NCBI GenBank assembly: GCA_963801105.1 | Contig: CAWDDH010000003.1 | Coordinates: 984,785-1,048,784 of the forward strand | Length of the DNA stretch: 64,000 nucleotides | Origin: an uncultured Acidimicrobiia bacterium | GTDB lineage: Bacteria; Actinomycetota; Acidimicrobiia; IMCC26256; JAENVU01 | Direction: 5' to 3' | Shown here: in pieces, positions 9,398-17,450 of the stretch | Layout: every line of letters starts with the position of its first letter | How positions within the stretch are numbered: position 1 is the stretch's first letter | Position numbers and translations under genes: made by a program | Notes under the pieces: generated by a model | What the model was told of the DNA's origin: nothing | The model's input: the letters and a program-made list of their open reading frames with translations, nothing else | Database searches by the model: none

Positions 9398-10363
9398 ATG
9401 ATGCGTACTGACGCGCGCCCGGCGGGCGCCCTCACCGACGCCCATCGCCTCGCCTCCGACCTCCGGGAAGGGCTCACCCGGGTCCTCCGTGGCAAGCCCG
9501 AACCCGTCCGCCTCGCGGTCGTCACGCTCCTCTCGGGCGGCCATCTGCTCGTGGACGACGTTCCCGGCGTCGGCAAGACGCTCCTCGCCAAGGCCATGGC
9601 CCGCGCGGCCGGCGGGTCGTTCGGGCGGGTCCAGGCAACCCCGGACCTCCTGCCGTCGGAGCTCACGGGCGTATCGGTCTTCCATCTCACGGGCAACGAG
9701 TGGGAGTTCCGCCCCGGACCGCTGTTCGCCAACGTGGTCCTCGTGGACGAGCTGAACCGCGCGACGCCCCGCACGCAGTCGGCGCTGCTCGAGGCGATGG
9801 AGGAGCGCCAGGTGACGGTCGACGGGGTGTCCCGTCCCCTGCCCCAACCCTTCTTCCTCGTCGCGACCCAGAACCCGTTCGAGACCGCGGGTACGTTCCC
9901 GCTCGTGGAGGGCCAGCTCGACCGCTTCACCCTCGTCACCGAGATCGGTCCACCCGACGCCGACACCGAGCGTGAGCTGCTCCTCGGTACCGGTGGCGAA
10001 CCCGCACTCGACGTGATGGAGCCGGTGACCGACCCCACCGAGCTCGCGAACATGATCGCCGCGGTGCGGTCGGTGCACTGCGCGCCCGAGGTCGCGGACT
10101 ACACGGTCGCGCTGGCGAACGCGACGCGCGTCCACGGCGATGTCGCCATCGGCGCGTCCCCGCGCGCGTCCCTCGCGCTCCTGCACGCGGCGCAGGCCCA
10201 AGCGACCCTCGAGGGACGCGAGTACGTGGTACCCGACGACATCGCCCGGCTCGCGCTCCCGGTGCTCGCTCACCGCCTCGTGCTGCGCGACCCGGGCCGG
10301 CTCGCCGACGGCCGCGCGCTCGTCCAGGAGGTGCTGACCGCGCTCCCGGCCCCCCGGCCGTGA
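9398..10363 (+). CDS. MoxR-family AAA+ ATPase
   Basis: DVPGVGKT, TPDLLPSE, DELNRATPRTQSALLEAM, ATQNP, GASPRA. Confidence 0.93.
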   Translation: MMRTDARPAGALTDAHRLASDLREGLTRVLRGKPEPVRLAVVTLLSGGHLLVDDVPGVGKTLLAKAMARAAGGSFGRVQATPDLLPSELTGVSVFHLTGNEWEFRPGPLFANVVLVDELNRATPRTQSALLEAMEERQVTVDGVSRPLPQPFFLVATQNPFETAGTFPLVEGQLDRFTLVTEIGPPDADTERELLLGTGGEPALDVMEPVTDPTELANMIAAVRSVHCAPEVADYTVALANATRVHGDVAIGASPRASLALLHAAQAQATLEGREYVVPDDIARLALPVLAHRLVLRDPGRLADGRALVQEVLTALPAPRP

Positions 10364-11316
10364 GACGCGGGACAGCCGCCCGCCCGGGCGAGGGCGTCCC
10401 CCGCCCGATCATCGTCCCAAAGGCGGCGGTCGTCCTCGAGCTCATCGGCCTCGCGCTGTTCATCATCGCCCGCACGACCGGTGCGGGGTGGGACATCGTG
10501 CTCCTCTGCGCGCTGATCGCCGTCGTGCTGACGGGCTCCGTGCTCCCCGCCTTCGTCGTCGGTCGCGTCTCCGTCACGGCGCGCGCGCCCGCCGACGCGA
10601 CCGTGGGCCGGCCGCTGCCCATCGAGCTGTCAGTGAGCGGTCGCCATGCGAAGCTGCGAATCATCACCTTCGAGTCGGAGTGGGTGCGGATCGACGGGCC
10701 GAGCACCGGCGAGATCCTCGTCGTCCCCGTTCGGCGCGGAATCCTGAACCGGGTCCGCGTCGAGGTCGTCAGCGCGGCTCCGCTCGGTCTCGCCCGGTGG
10801 CAGCGCCGCATCCGCGTCGAGCTCCCGCACAACGTCGAGATCGCGCCGCGGCGCGAGCCCACGCCGTGTTCGCTGGTGGTCGGCGACACGTATACGGCGT
10901 CGGATCTCCAGCAGACTGCCACCGGCGGCGCCGACCTCACGCGCGGCGTGCGCGAGTACCTCGACGGCGATCCGATCCGATCCGTGCACTGGCCGGCCAC
11001 CGCGCGGACGGGCGCGGTGATGGTGCGCGAGTTCGAGGGACCCCGGCGTCCGATCGTCGTCATCATCGCCGACCTGCGCGGCCCCGACCCCGAAGGCGTC
11101 GCGTCGCGCGCCGCCGGCATGGCCGACGACGCCCTCCGCCAGGGCGCGCGGGTCGAGCTCGCGACCGCCGAGGTCGACGGCCCGCACATCGGCCCGGTGC
11201 CCACGCCGCTCCACGTGGGCCGGCGGCTCGCCCGCGCCGCCCTCGGGACGCCTGCGATGGGTCCCGTCCCGGCCGGGGCGACGGTCCACCATCTCGGTGG
11301 TGGGGGCCACCGGTGA
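10360..11316 (+). CDS. DUF58 family protein
   Basis: GVREYLDGDPIRSVHWPATAR..MVREFE; N-terminal TM segments; GTGA coupling. Confidence 0.88.
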   Translation: MRRGTAARPGEGVPRPIIVPKAAVVLELIGLALFIIARTTGAGWDIVLLCALIAVVLTGSVLPAFVVGRVSVTARAPADATVGRPLPIELSVSGRHAKLRIITFESEWVRIDGPSTGEILVVPVRRGILNRVRVEVVSAAPLGLARWQRRIRVELPHNVEIAPRREPTPCSLVVGDTYTASDLQQTATGGADLTRGVREYLDGDPIRSVHWPATARTGAVMVREFEGPRRPIVVIIADLRGPDPEGVASRAAGMADDALRQGARVELATAEVDGPHIGPVPTPLHVGRRLARAALGTPAMGPVPAGATVHHLGGGGHR

Positions 11317-13418
11317 ACACGCCCCAGGACGTCGTCGCGCTACGGATGTCCGTCGCGGTCGCGGTGATGGCCTCGGCGATCGCGGCCCTTCGCGAGGGCG
11401 CAGGGAGCGGGGTGCTCTGGGTCGTCGTGCTCATCGGGTTCCCGGTCGCGTTCACCGTCGGCTACCTGGTCCGCGCGACCCGTCCGGTCCCGTTGCGCCT
11501 CGCGCAGTCGGTGATCGCCGTCGCGATCCTCGTCGGGTTCTTCAGCCGGCTCGGACACCTCACCGACCTCGCCGCGCTCCAGGTGCCCCTCTCCCAGGCG
11601 TTCCTCTGGCTCCTGCTGCTGCACGCACTCGACACCCCCAACCGGCGCGGGTTGATGGTGCTGCTCGTCTCGAGCCTGGTACTCGTGGCGCTCGCCGGAG
11701 TGCTCTCCATCTCGATGGCGATCGCGCCGTGGCTCGTCATCTGGACCCTCGCGGCGCTCGTCAGCCTGGTCCTCGCCTACCGCGCCGAGCTCGAGGAGCT
11801 CCCAGCGCTCGACGGGTCCTCGCCACCGCGCTTCTCGCGCGCGAATCTCCTCGTCCCCGTCGCGGTGCTGGCCACGGTCCTCGCCGTCGGCTTCGCCGTG
11901 TTCATGCTCGTCCCCGTCGCGGGCACGAACCGGGCGCTGACGTTCCCGGCACAGCTCCCCGACGACACGCCGATCCGCACGAACGGGGCGATCACCAACC
12001 CGTCGCTCGGGTCCGCCGACCCGGGGGCGGCGTCCGATCCCGGGCATGCCGGCAAGGGCGGGCCGTCCTCGTTCGGCTACTTCGGGTTCTCGGATCATCT
12101 CGACACCTCCCAGCGCGGCCGACCCGACGACACCCTGGTCATGCGCGTGCGCGCGTCAGCCCCGGACTTCTGGCGGGGTCAGACCTTCGATATGTGGGAC
12201 GGGCGGGTCTGGCGCGTGAGCGACGACCGGCCCAGCACGATCAGCGGCGATCAGCCCATCGGCATCCCCCGGGTCGCCGCCGACGGTCCGGCGCAGTCGG
12301 CGATCAACACCGACGAGCTGGTGCAGACCTACTACCTGACCGAGATCGGCCCGAACGCGATCTTCGCGGCCGACCGCCCGACCAAGGTGTACTTCCCGGA
12401 CCGGACGATCTTCCAGAACCAGGACGGCACCCTGCGCTCGGGCGTGCGGCTCGATCCGGGCGCGGTCTACACCGTCGTCAGCGAGCGGGCACTCCTCACC
12501 GCCGCCGCGCTCCGGGCGCAGTACACCGACACCATGCCCCAGGACATCGCGCGCCAGTACGCGCAGTCGCCCAAGACGACCGCACGGGTGCGCGAGCTGG
12601 CCCACCGGATCACCGCGTCGGCACCCACGACCTACGACAAGATCCTCGCCATCGAGCAGTACCTGGGCGCGCACACCGAGTACTCGCTCGACATCCCCCG
12701 GCTGCCCCGCGGCGCCGACGCGGTGGACCAGTACCTCTTCGTCGACCACCGCGGCTTCTGTGAGCAGATCGGGACGACGTTGGTCGTGATGCTGCGCGAG
12801 CTCGGGATCCCCGCCCGTCTCGCGGTGGGCTACACACCGGGCGAGCGCAACCCGTTCACCGGGCTCTACGAGGTCAAGGCGAGCGACGCACACGCGTGGG
12901 CCGAGGTGTACTTCCCGGGCGTCGGCTGGCAGGGCTTCGATCCGACGGCCAAGGTGCCGCTCGCCGGCGACTCGCTCATCGAGGCCGCCGGGGCGGGCGC
13001 GCTGGGCTATTTGAGCGCCCGGCTCGACATCCCGAGCAACGTGCTCGTCGCCCTGGTCGTGCTGGCCGGGCTCGTGGGGCTCGTCTTCGCATTGCGCAAC
13101 GTGTCGCGCCGGCCTCGCCGAGTCCCGATCTCCCGGTCGTGGGCATCGCTCCACCTCGCCCGCCTCGAAGCACTCGGCCGCGCCCGCGGCCGGCCGCGCG
13201 CGGCGAGCGAGACCACGCCGGGCTACGTGCGGGCCCTCGGCACGCTCGCCCCGCACCGTCGGGAAGACCTCGAGGAGATCGGACGTGTGCTCGACCACGC
13301 GATGTTCGGCGAGCACCCCCCCGATCGCGAGACGATGCACCGCGTCGACGGGCTCGTCGACGCGGTCGCCGCCGACTGGGATCGAGCCCGGAACCCGGAG
13401 GATCTCGTCCCCGCCTGA
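11313..13418 (+). CDS. Membrane transglutaminase-like protein (TgpA type)
   Basis: Multi-TM N-terminus, FWRGQTFD, catalytic GFCEQ..AHAWAE..FDPT, C-terminal DUF4129-like SETT. Confidence 0.9.
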   Translation: MNTPQDVVALRMSVAVAVMASAIAALREGAGSGVLWVVVLIGFPVAFTVGYLVRATRPVPLRLAQSVIAVAILVGFFSRLGHLTDLAALQVPLSQAFLWLLLLHALDTPNRRGLMVLLVSSLVLVALAGVLSISMAIAPWLVIWTLAALVSLVLAYRAELEELPALDGSSPPRFSRANLLVPVAVLATVLAVGFAVFMLVPVAGTNRALTFPAQLPDDTPIRTNGAITNPSLGSADPGAASDPGHAGKGGPSSFGYFGFSDHLDTSQRGRPDDTLVMRVRASAPDFWRGQTFDMWDGRVWRVSDDRPSTISGDQPIGIPRVAADGPAQSAINTDELVQTYYLTEIGPNAIFAADRPTKVYFPDRTIFQNQDGTLRSGVRLDPGAVYTVVSERALLTAAALRAQYTDTMPQDIARQYAQSPKTTARVRELAHRITASAPTTYDKILAIEQYLGAHTEYSLDIPRLPRGADAVDQYLFVDHRGFCEQIGTTLVVMLRELGIPARLAVGYTPGERNPFTGLYEVKASDAHAWAEVYFPGVGWQGFDPTAKVPLAGDSLIEAAGAGALGYLSARLDIPSNVLVALVVLAGLVGLVFALRNVSRRPRRVPISRSWASLHLARLEALGRARGRPRAASETTPGYVRALGTLAPHRREDLEEIGRVLDHAMFGEHPPDRETMHRVDGLVDAVAADWDRARNPEDLVPA

Positions 13419-13479
13419 ACCCACCGGGAACCGGAGCGCCGTTCGGATCGTCCTACGCTCCAGTCCGAGGGGGCCGCCC

Positions 13480-14754
13480 GTGTCGTTGGAACCGAACCAT
13501 CCCCCGTCGCCGACCGACGTCCGGCGCCGGGCCGTCCGCGCCGGTGCGGTCGCGCTGGCCGTCGTGATCGTGGCCGGGGTCATCGCTGTCTCCGTCTCGC
13601 GTGGCGGGAACCACACGCCGTCCGGGCACCCGACCCTCGCATTGACCGGCCCCCTCGCCGATCCAGGCGATGCCGGCGGCGAGCACGCCGCGTCGACGGC
13701 GATGCCCCTCGGCGCGACGCCGACCTACGAGTTCGCCGCGCCGCTGCCGGACCTCGGCCGCCAGGCTCCGGTCTGGGCCGTGGCCGACCCGACGATCACC
13801 GACCCGCGGGTCGCGACCTGGGCCCGCACCCTCGGGCTCGACGGCCGCGTCGAGCGGTTCGTCGACGGCGGCCAGCGGGGATTGCGGGTCGAGGGCCACG
13901 ACGGCGTCCTCGCCGTGACGTCCGCGCCGACACCCCGGCTCTCCTACCAGCGCGGGGTGGTGTCGGACGGCTCGAGCAGCGGCGCGAGCGGCGCCGTCGG
14001 ACCCTCCGTGGAACCACCGTCCCGAGCCGTGGACCTGCCGACCGAGGCCGAGACGCGCATGCTCGGTGAGCGAACGCTGCGCGACCTCGGCGTCCTCGAC
14101 GGCACCTGGAGCTTCACCGTGCGGGACGGTGCCGGGGTCGCGGTCGCCACCACCTGCTCCACCGACGGGCCGTGCACCGCGCCCGATCCCGAGCAGTACC
14201 TCACGAGCCGCGCGCTCGTTGCGAGTCGCACCGTCGACGGGCACGCGGTGAGCGGTGCCGACTGGACCGTCGAGGTCGGGGACCACGGCGTCGTCGACGC
14301 GGTCCACGGCCTCCTCGGCGAGCTCGAGCCCGTCGGCGACGCTCCGCTCGACGCGCCTCGGGCCGCGCTCGACCGCGACATCAGCCCGTCGGGTCCGGTC
14401 CCCGAGCCGGCGATCGCGTGCGCGCCCGGGTCGTGTCCGAGTGTCCGGGTCACCGTGAACGGTGTTGCTCTCGGGTCCGCGGTGTGGCTCGGTGGCCGCG
14501 CCGGCTCGCGGTACGTCGTCCCGACGTACCACTTCACGGGGCACCGGTCCGACGGCACCCCGTGGAGCCACGACGTGCTCGCCCTCACCGCCGCGGCCCT
14601 CGCGCCGGGCCTGCGCGACGACGCCTCGCCACCGACCATCCCAGCGCCGATCCCCGGGGCGATCCCCGGGGCGACGAAGCCGTGTCGCACCCCGAACGAG
14701 ATCTGCGGTGGCGGAGCATCGGGCGCGCCGACCTCCGGATCGGCGGTTCCGTAG
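13480..14754 (+). CDS. Membrane-anchored/secreted hypothetical protein
   Basis: RRR plus hydrophobic anchor, three Cys pairs, Pro-rich tail; start uncertain. Confidence 0.6.
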   Translation: MSLEPNHPPSPTDVRRRAVRAGAVALAVVIVAGVIAVSVSRGGNHTPSGHPTLALTGPLADPGDAGGEHAASTAMPLGATPTYEFAAPLPDLGRQAPVWAVADPTITDPRVATWARTLGLDGRVERFVDGGQRGLRVEGHDGVLAVTSAPTPRLSYQRGVVSDGSSSGASGAVGPSVEPPSRAVDLPTEAETRMLGERTLRDLGVLDGTWSFTVRDGAGVAVATTCSTDGPCTAPDPEQYLTSRALVASRTVDGHAVSGADWTVEVGDHGVVDAVHGLLGELEPVGDAPLDAPRAALDRDISPSGPVPEPAIACAPGSCPSVRVTVNGVALGSAVWLGGRAGSRYVVPTYHFTGHRSDGTPWSHDVLALTAAALAPGLRDDASPPTIPAPIPGAIPGATKPCRTPNEICGGGASGAPTSGSAVP

Positions 14755-14757
14755 CCC

Positions 14758-15756
14758 TCAGCTGACGGGCACGCCCTCGAACACCGCGACCTTCACCCCG
14801 CGGTGCGCGAGCTCGGCGAGGAACGCCCGCGGCGCGACGACGCGGCCGAGACCGTGCACACCGGGCGCCGCCCGCACGAGTCCCGGAAGCACGCCGGCGA
14901 GACCACCGACGGTCAGCGCGAGCACTGTGCCCGCGGCCACCTCGGTCCGCTCGATGGCGCCGTAGACGACCGCCTCCCGGGAGGCACCGCGCGTGCCCCA
15001 GACCTCGACGCGCAACCCGCCCCATTCGTTGATCGGATCCGGACGGCGGGGCCACGAGCGTTGTGGCTTCTCGGCCCGGGCGAACCGGACCGTCGCCCGG
15101 TCGAGCCCGGGCACCGCGTCTCGCAACAGCTCGAGCCCGTTCGCCACCGGCTCGCACGCGCGGGCGTTGACGGGGTCCGGGAACCACACCAGCTCCTCGC
15201 CCCCGCTCTTGCGCAGCTCCTGCACGGATCCGTCGCGCAGCTCCGCGCCCTTGTCGGCGAGCGCGACGCGCACCGTGCTCGCGCTGGCCTCCCCGGCGGC
15301 ACCCCAGCGCGCCACGTTCACGTCGTCGACGAGATCGAACGCGTCGGCCGCGTGGCGGACCAGCACGTCGGACAACCCGGGCGCGAGCCCGGCGCCGACC
15401 ACGACCGGCACGCCGAGCTCGACGGCATCGCGATCGAGCTCCCGGATCGACTCGATGGTCCCCGTGTCGTCGGTCGCCGAGACGCACGGCACTCCGGCCT
15501 GGAGCGCGTCGCGCACGATGGTCACGTCGTCGCCAGCGGGCACCGCGCACGCGACGATGTCCACGCCCGCGGGCAGCTCCATCCCCGCCTGCCAACTGAC
15601 GACGCTCGCGGTGTCGCCCATCAGCTTCGCGATGTCGCCGGCCCGATCCGGGCGGGCGTCGGCGACGAGGAGGCGATCGACGCCGTCGGTCTCCACCAAC
15701 TGGCGGGCGGCCCGGCCACCGACCGCGCCGGCACCGACGAGCAGGACGGTCGTCAC
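14758..15756 (-). CDS. Saccharopine-dehydrogenase-like NAD(P)-binding protein
   Basis: VLLVGAGAVGG Rossmann motif; GAGLAPGLSDVL. Confidence 0.78.
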   Translation of the reverse strand: MTTVLLVGAGAVGGRAARQLVETDGVDRLLVADARPDRAGDIAKLMGDTASVVSWQAGMELPAGVDIVACAVPAGDDVTIVRDALQAGVPCVSATDDTGTIESIRELDRDAVELGVPVVVGAGLAPGLSDVLVRHAADAFDLVDDVNVARWGAAGEASASTVRVALADKGAELRDGSVQELRKSGGEELVWFPDPVNARACEPVANGLELLRDAVPGLDRATVRFARAEKPQRSWPRRPDPINEWGGLRVEVWGTRGASREAVVYGAIERTEVAAGTVLALTVGGLAGVLPGLVRAAPGVHGLGRVVAPRAFLAELAHRGVKVAVFEGVPVS

Positions 15757-15890
15757 CGGAAGTCGGGAGCTTCGAGCTCGCGCCACCCGCCGGACGTGGG
15801 CGGGACGCCGCCCTTGCCCCGGAGCCGGACGAGCACTCCGGCGACCCCCGCCACGAACACGACGATGAGTCCCCGACGAAACGCCCGCAT
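15753..15890 (-). CDS. 45-aa small membrane protein (not in ORF track)
   Basis: MRAFRRGLIVVFVAGVAGVLVRLRGKGGVPPTSGGWRELEAPDFR; TACACT 6 nt before ATG; stop overlaps the next start (GTGA). Confidence 0.7.
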   Translation of the reverse strand: MRAFRRGLIVVFVAGVAGVLVRLRGKGGVPPTSGGWRELEAPDFR

Positions 15891-15953
15891 CGCCGGAGTG
15901 TAGAACGCACCTGCTCGGACGGTCCGGGGTTGTCACCGCGCCGGACCTCCGGT

Positions 15954-15979
15954 AATCTACAACCATATGGTTGTAGATT
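15954..15979. promoter_or_regulatory. ArsR operator, perfect 26-bp palindrome
   Basis: AATCTACAACCATATGGTTGTAGATT overlaps the -10 (TAATCT) and the ATG of arsR. Confidence 0.85.
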
Positions 15980-16320
15980 GGGACCTCGGGCCCGCAGAGG
16001 TCGACCGGCGATTCCACGCGCTGGCCGACGCGACCCGCCGGGACATCGTCGCCCGGGTGCTCCGCGAGGAGCAGTCCGTCAGCGCCCTGGCCCGCCGGTA
16101 CCCCATGAGCTTCGCGGCGGTGCAGAAGCACGTTGCGGTGCTCGAGCGGGCAGGCATGGTCACCAAGCGTCGTCACGGACGCGAGCAGCTCGTGCTCGGC
16201 GACGTCACCTCCCTGCGGGAGATCGTCACGCTGCTCGACGAGTTCGAAACCATCTGGCGGGAGCGGGTCGACCGCATGCACGCCATCCTCGACGACCACG
16301 ACCAAGGAGCCGCCCCATGA
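15967..16320 (+). CDS. ArsR/SmtB-family regulator
   Basis: FHALADATRRDIV, AVQKHVAVLERAGMV. Confidence 0.9.
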   Translation: MVVDWDLGPAEVDRRFHALADATRRDIVARVLREEQSVSALARRYPMSFAAVQKHVAVLERAGMVTKRRHGREQLVLGDVTSLREIVTLLDEFETIWRERVDRMHAILDDHDQGAAP

Positions 16321-16805
16321 GCGTCACCAGCATCGAGAAGGACCCCGTCGCGCGGACGATGACCGTCAACACGTCGTTCGGCGCCGCCGTCCAGCGGGTG
16401 TGGCAGCTGTGGGCCGACCCACGCCAGCTCGAGCGGTGGTGGGGTCCGCCGACCTATCCCGCAACGGTCACCCAGCACGAGCTCGTGCCCGGCGGCCGCG
16501 TCCGCTACTTCATGACCGGCCCGGAGGGCGACCGCCACGGGGGGTACTGGCAGGTCCGGGAGGTGGAGGCGCCCCACCGCCTCACGTTCGAGGACGGCTT
16601 CGAGGACGAGCAGGGTGCCCCGAACCCCGAGCTGCCGGTGTCGAGCACCATGGTCGTGCTGAGCGAGCTGCCCGAGGGAGGGACGAGCATGGTGCTCACC
16701 ACCACGTTCGCCTCGACCGAGGCGATGACGCGCCTGCTCGAGATGGGCATGGAGGAGGGCCTGCGCGAAGCCGTCGGCCAGATCGACGCTCTCCTCGACG
16801 CGTAG
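16317..16805 (+). CDS. SRPBCC/AHSA1-domain protein
   Basis: RVWQLWADPRQLERWWGP, MGMEEG; ATGA coupling to arsR. Confidence 0.9.
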   Translation: MSVTSIEKDPVARTMTVNTSFGAAVQRVWQLWADPRQLERWWGPPTYPATVTQHELVPGGRVRYFMTGPEGDRHGGYWQVREVEAPHRLTFEDGFEDEQGAPNPELPVSSTMVVLSELPEGGTSMVLTTTFASTEAMTRLLEMGMEEGLREAVGQIDALLDA

Positions 16806-16843
16806 CCGTCGAACGGGGCTCCGGCCGCCTCGGGGTCTGGAAG

Positions 16844-16917
16844 TGGGGCTAGCAAGAATCGAACTTGCGACCTCATCCTTATCAGGGATGCGCTCTAACC
16901 GACTGAGCTATAGCCCC
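16844..16917 (-). tRNA. tRNA-Ile(GAT)
   Basis: GGGGCTATAGCTCAGTCGG...CATCC-CTGATAA-GGATG...GTTCGATTC; canonical position after gyrA-DUF3566. Confidence 0.97.
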
Positions 16918-16973
16918 GCGAAGCGGTGCAGGTTAGCCGCGGCGCCTCCGGCGCGGCCCACCAGAATCGTGCG

Positions 16974-17447
16974 TCACTCGACCTCGGAGAGGGTGAGCTC
17001 GACCCCGCCCACGAGATCGGAGAACACGTTGAACAGCGCGGTCGCGATGACCGTGAAGATCGTGAGCAGCGCGACGATCACGAGCCCGACGAGCGACGCG
17101 CCGAGCAACAGCTGCCCGCCGAGGATCCGGTAGTTCTTGGCGCTCAGGATGTCGCCCATGAACTTCTCGAAGTTGTGGATCTGGCCGGCGGCGTCGAACA
17201 GCAGCCACACGACGATGCCGGCGACGAGCATGACCGCGAGTCCGGCGAGGTAGAAGCACAACGAGACCTTGAGCACCGCCCACAGGTCGATCTTGCGTAC
17301 CTCGACGCGCGACTGGCGGACCGGCGCCTTGGCGGTCTTGACCTTCTTGGGCTTCTTGACCTTGACGAGCGGCTCCGGTCGCGACGGCTCGGCGGCTTCC
17401 GCACCCGAGGACTCGGGCTGGCCCGTCACCGTCACCGCCGGATCCAT
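16974..17447 (-). CDS. DUF3566 membrane protein
   Basis: IDLWAVLKVS, LFNVFSDLVGGVELTL; downstream of gyrA. Confidence 0.85.
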   Translation of the reverse strand: MDPAVTVTGQPESSGAEAAEPSRPEPLVKVKKPKKVKTAKAPVRQSRVEVRKIDLWAVLKVSLCFYLAGLAVMLVAGIVVWLLFDAAGQIHNFEKFMGDILSAKNYRILGGQLLLGASLVGLVIVALLTIFTVIATALFNVFSDLVGGVELTLSEVE

Positions 17448-17450
17448 GCG

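Noticed and set aside
5400..16950. tRNA-anchored integrative element or prophage
   Set aside because: No integrase, phage or conjugation genes and no duplicated tRNA 3' end found
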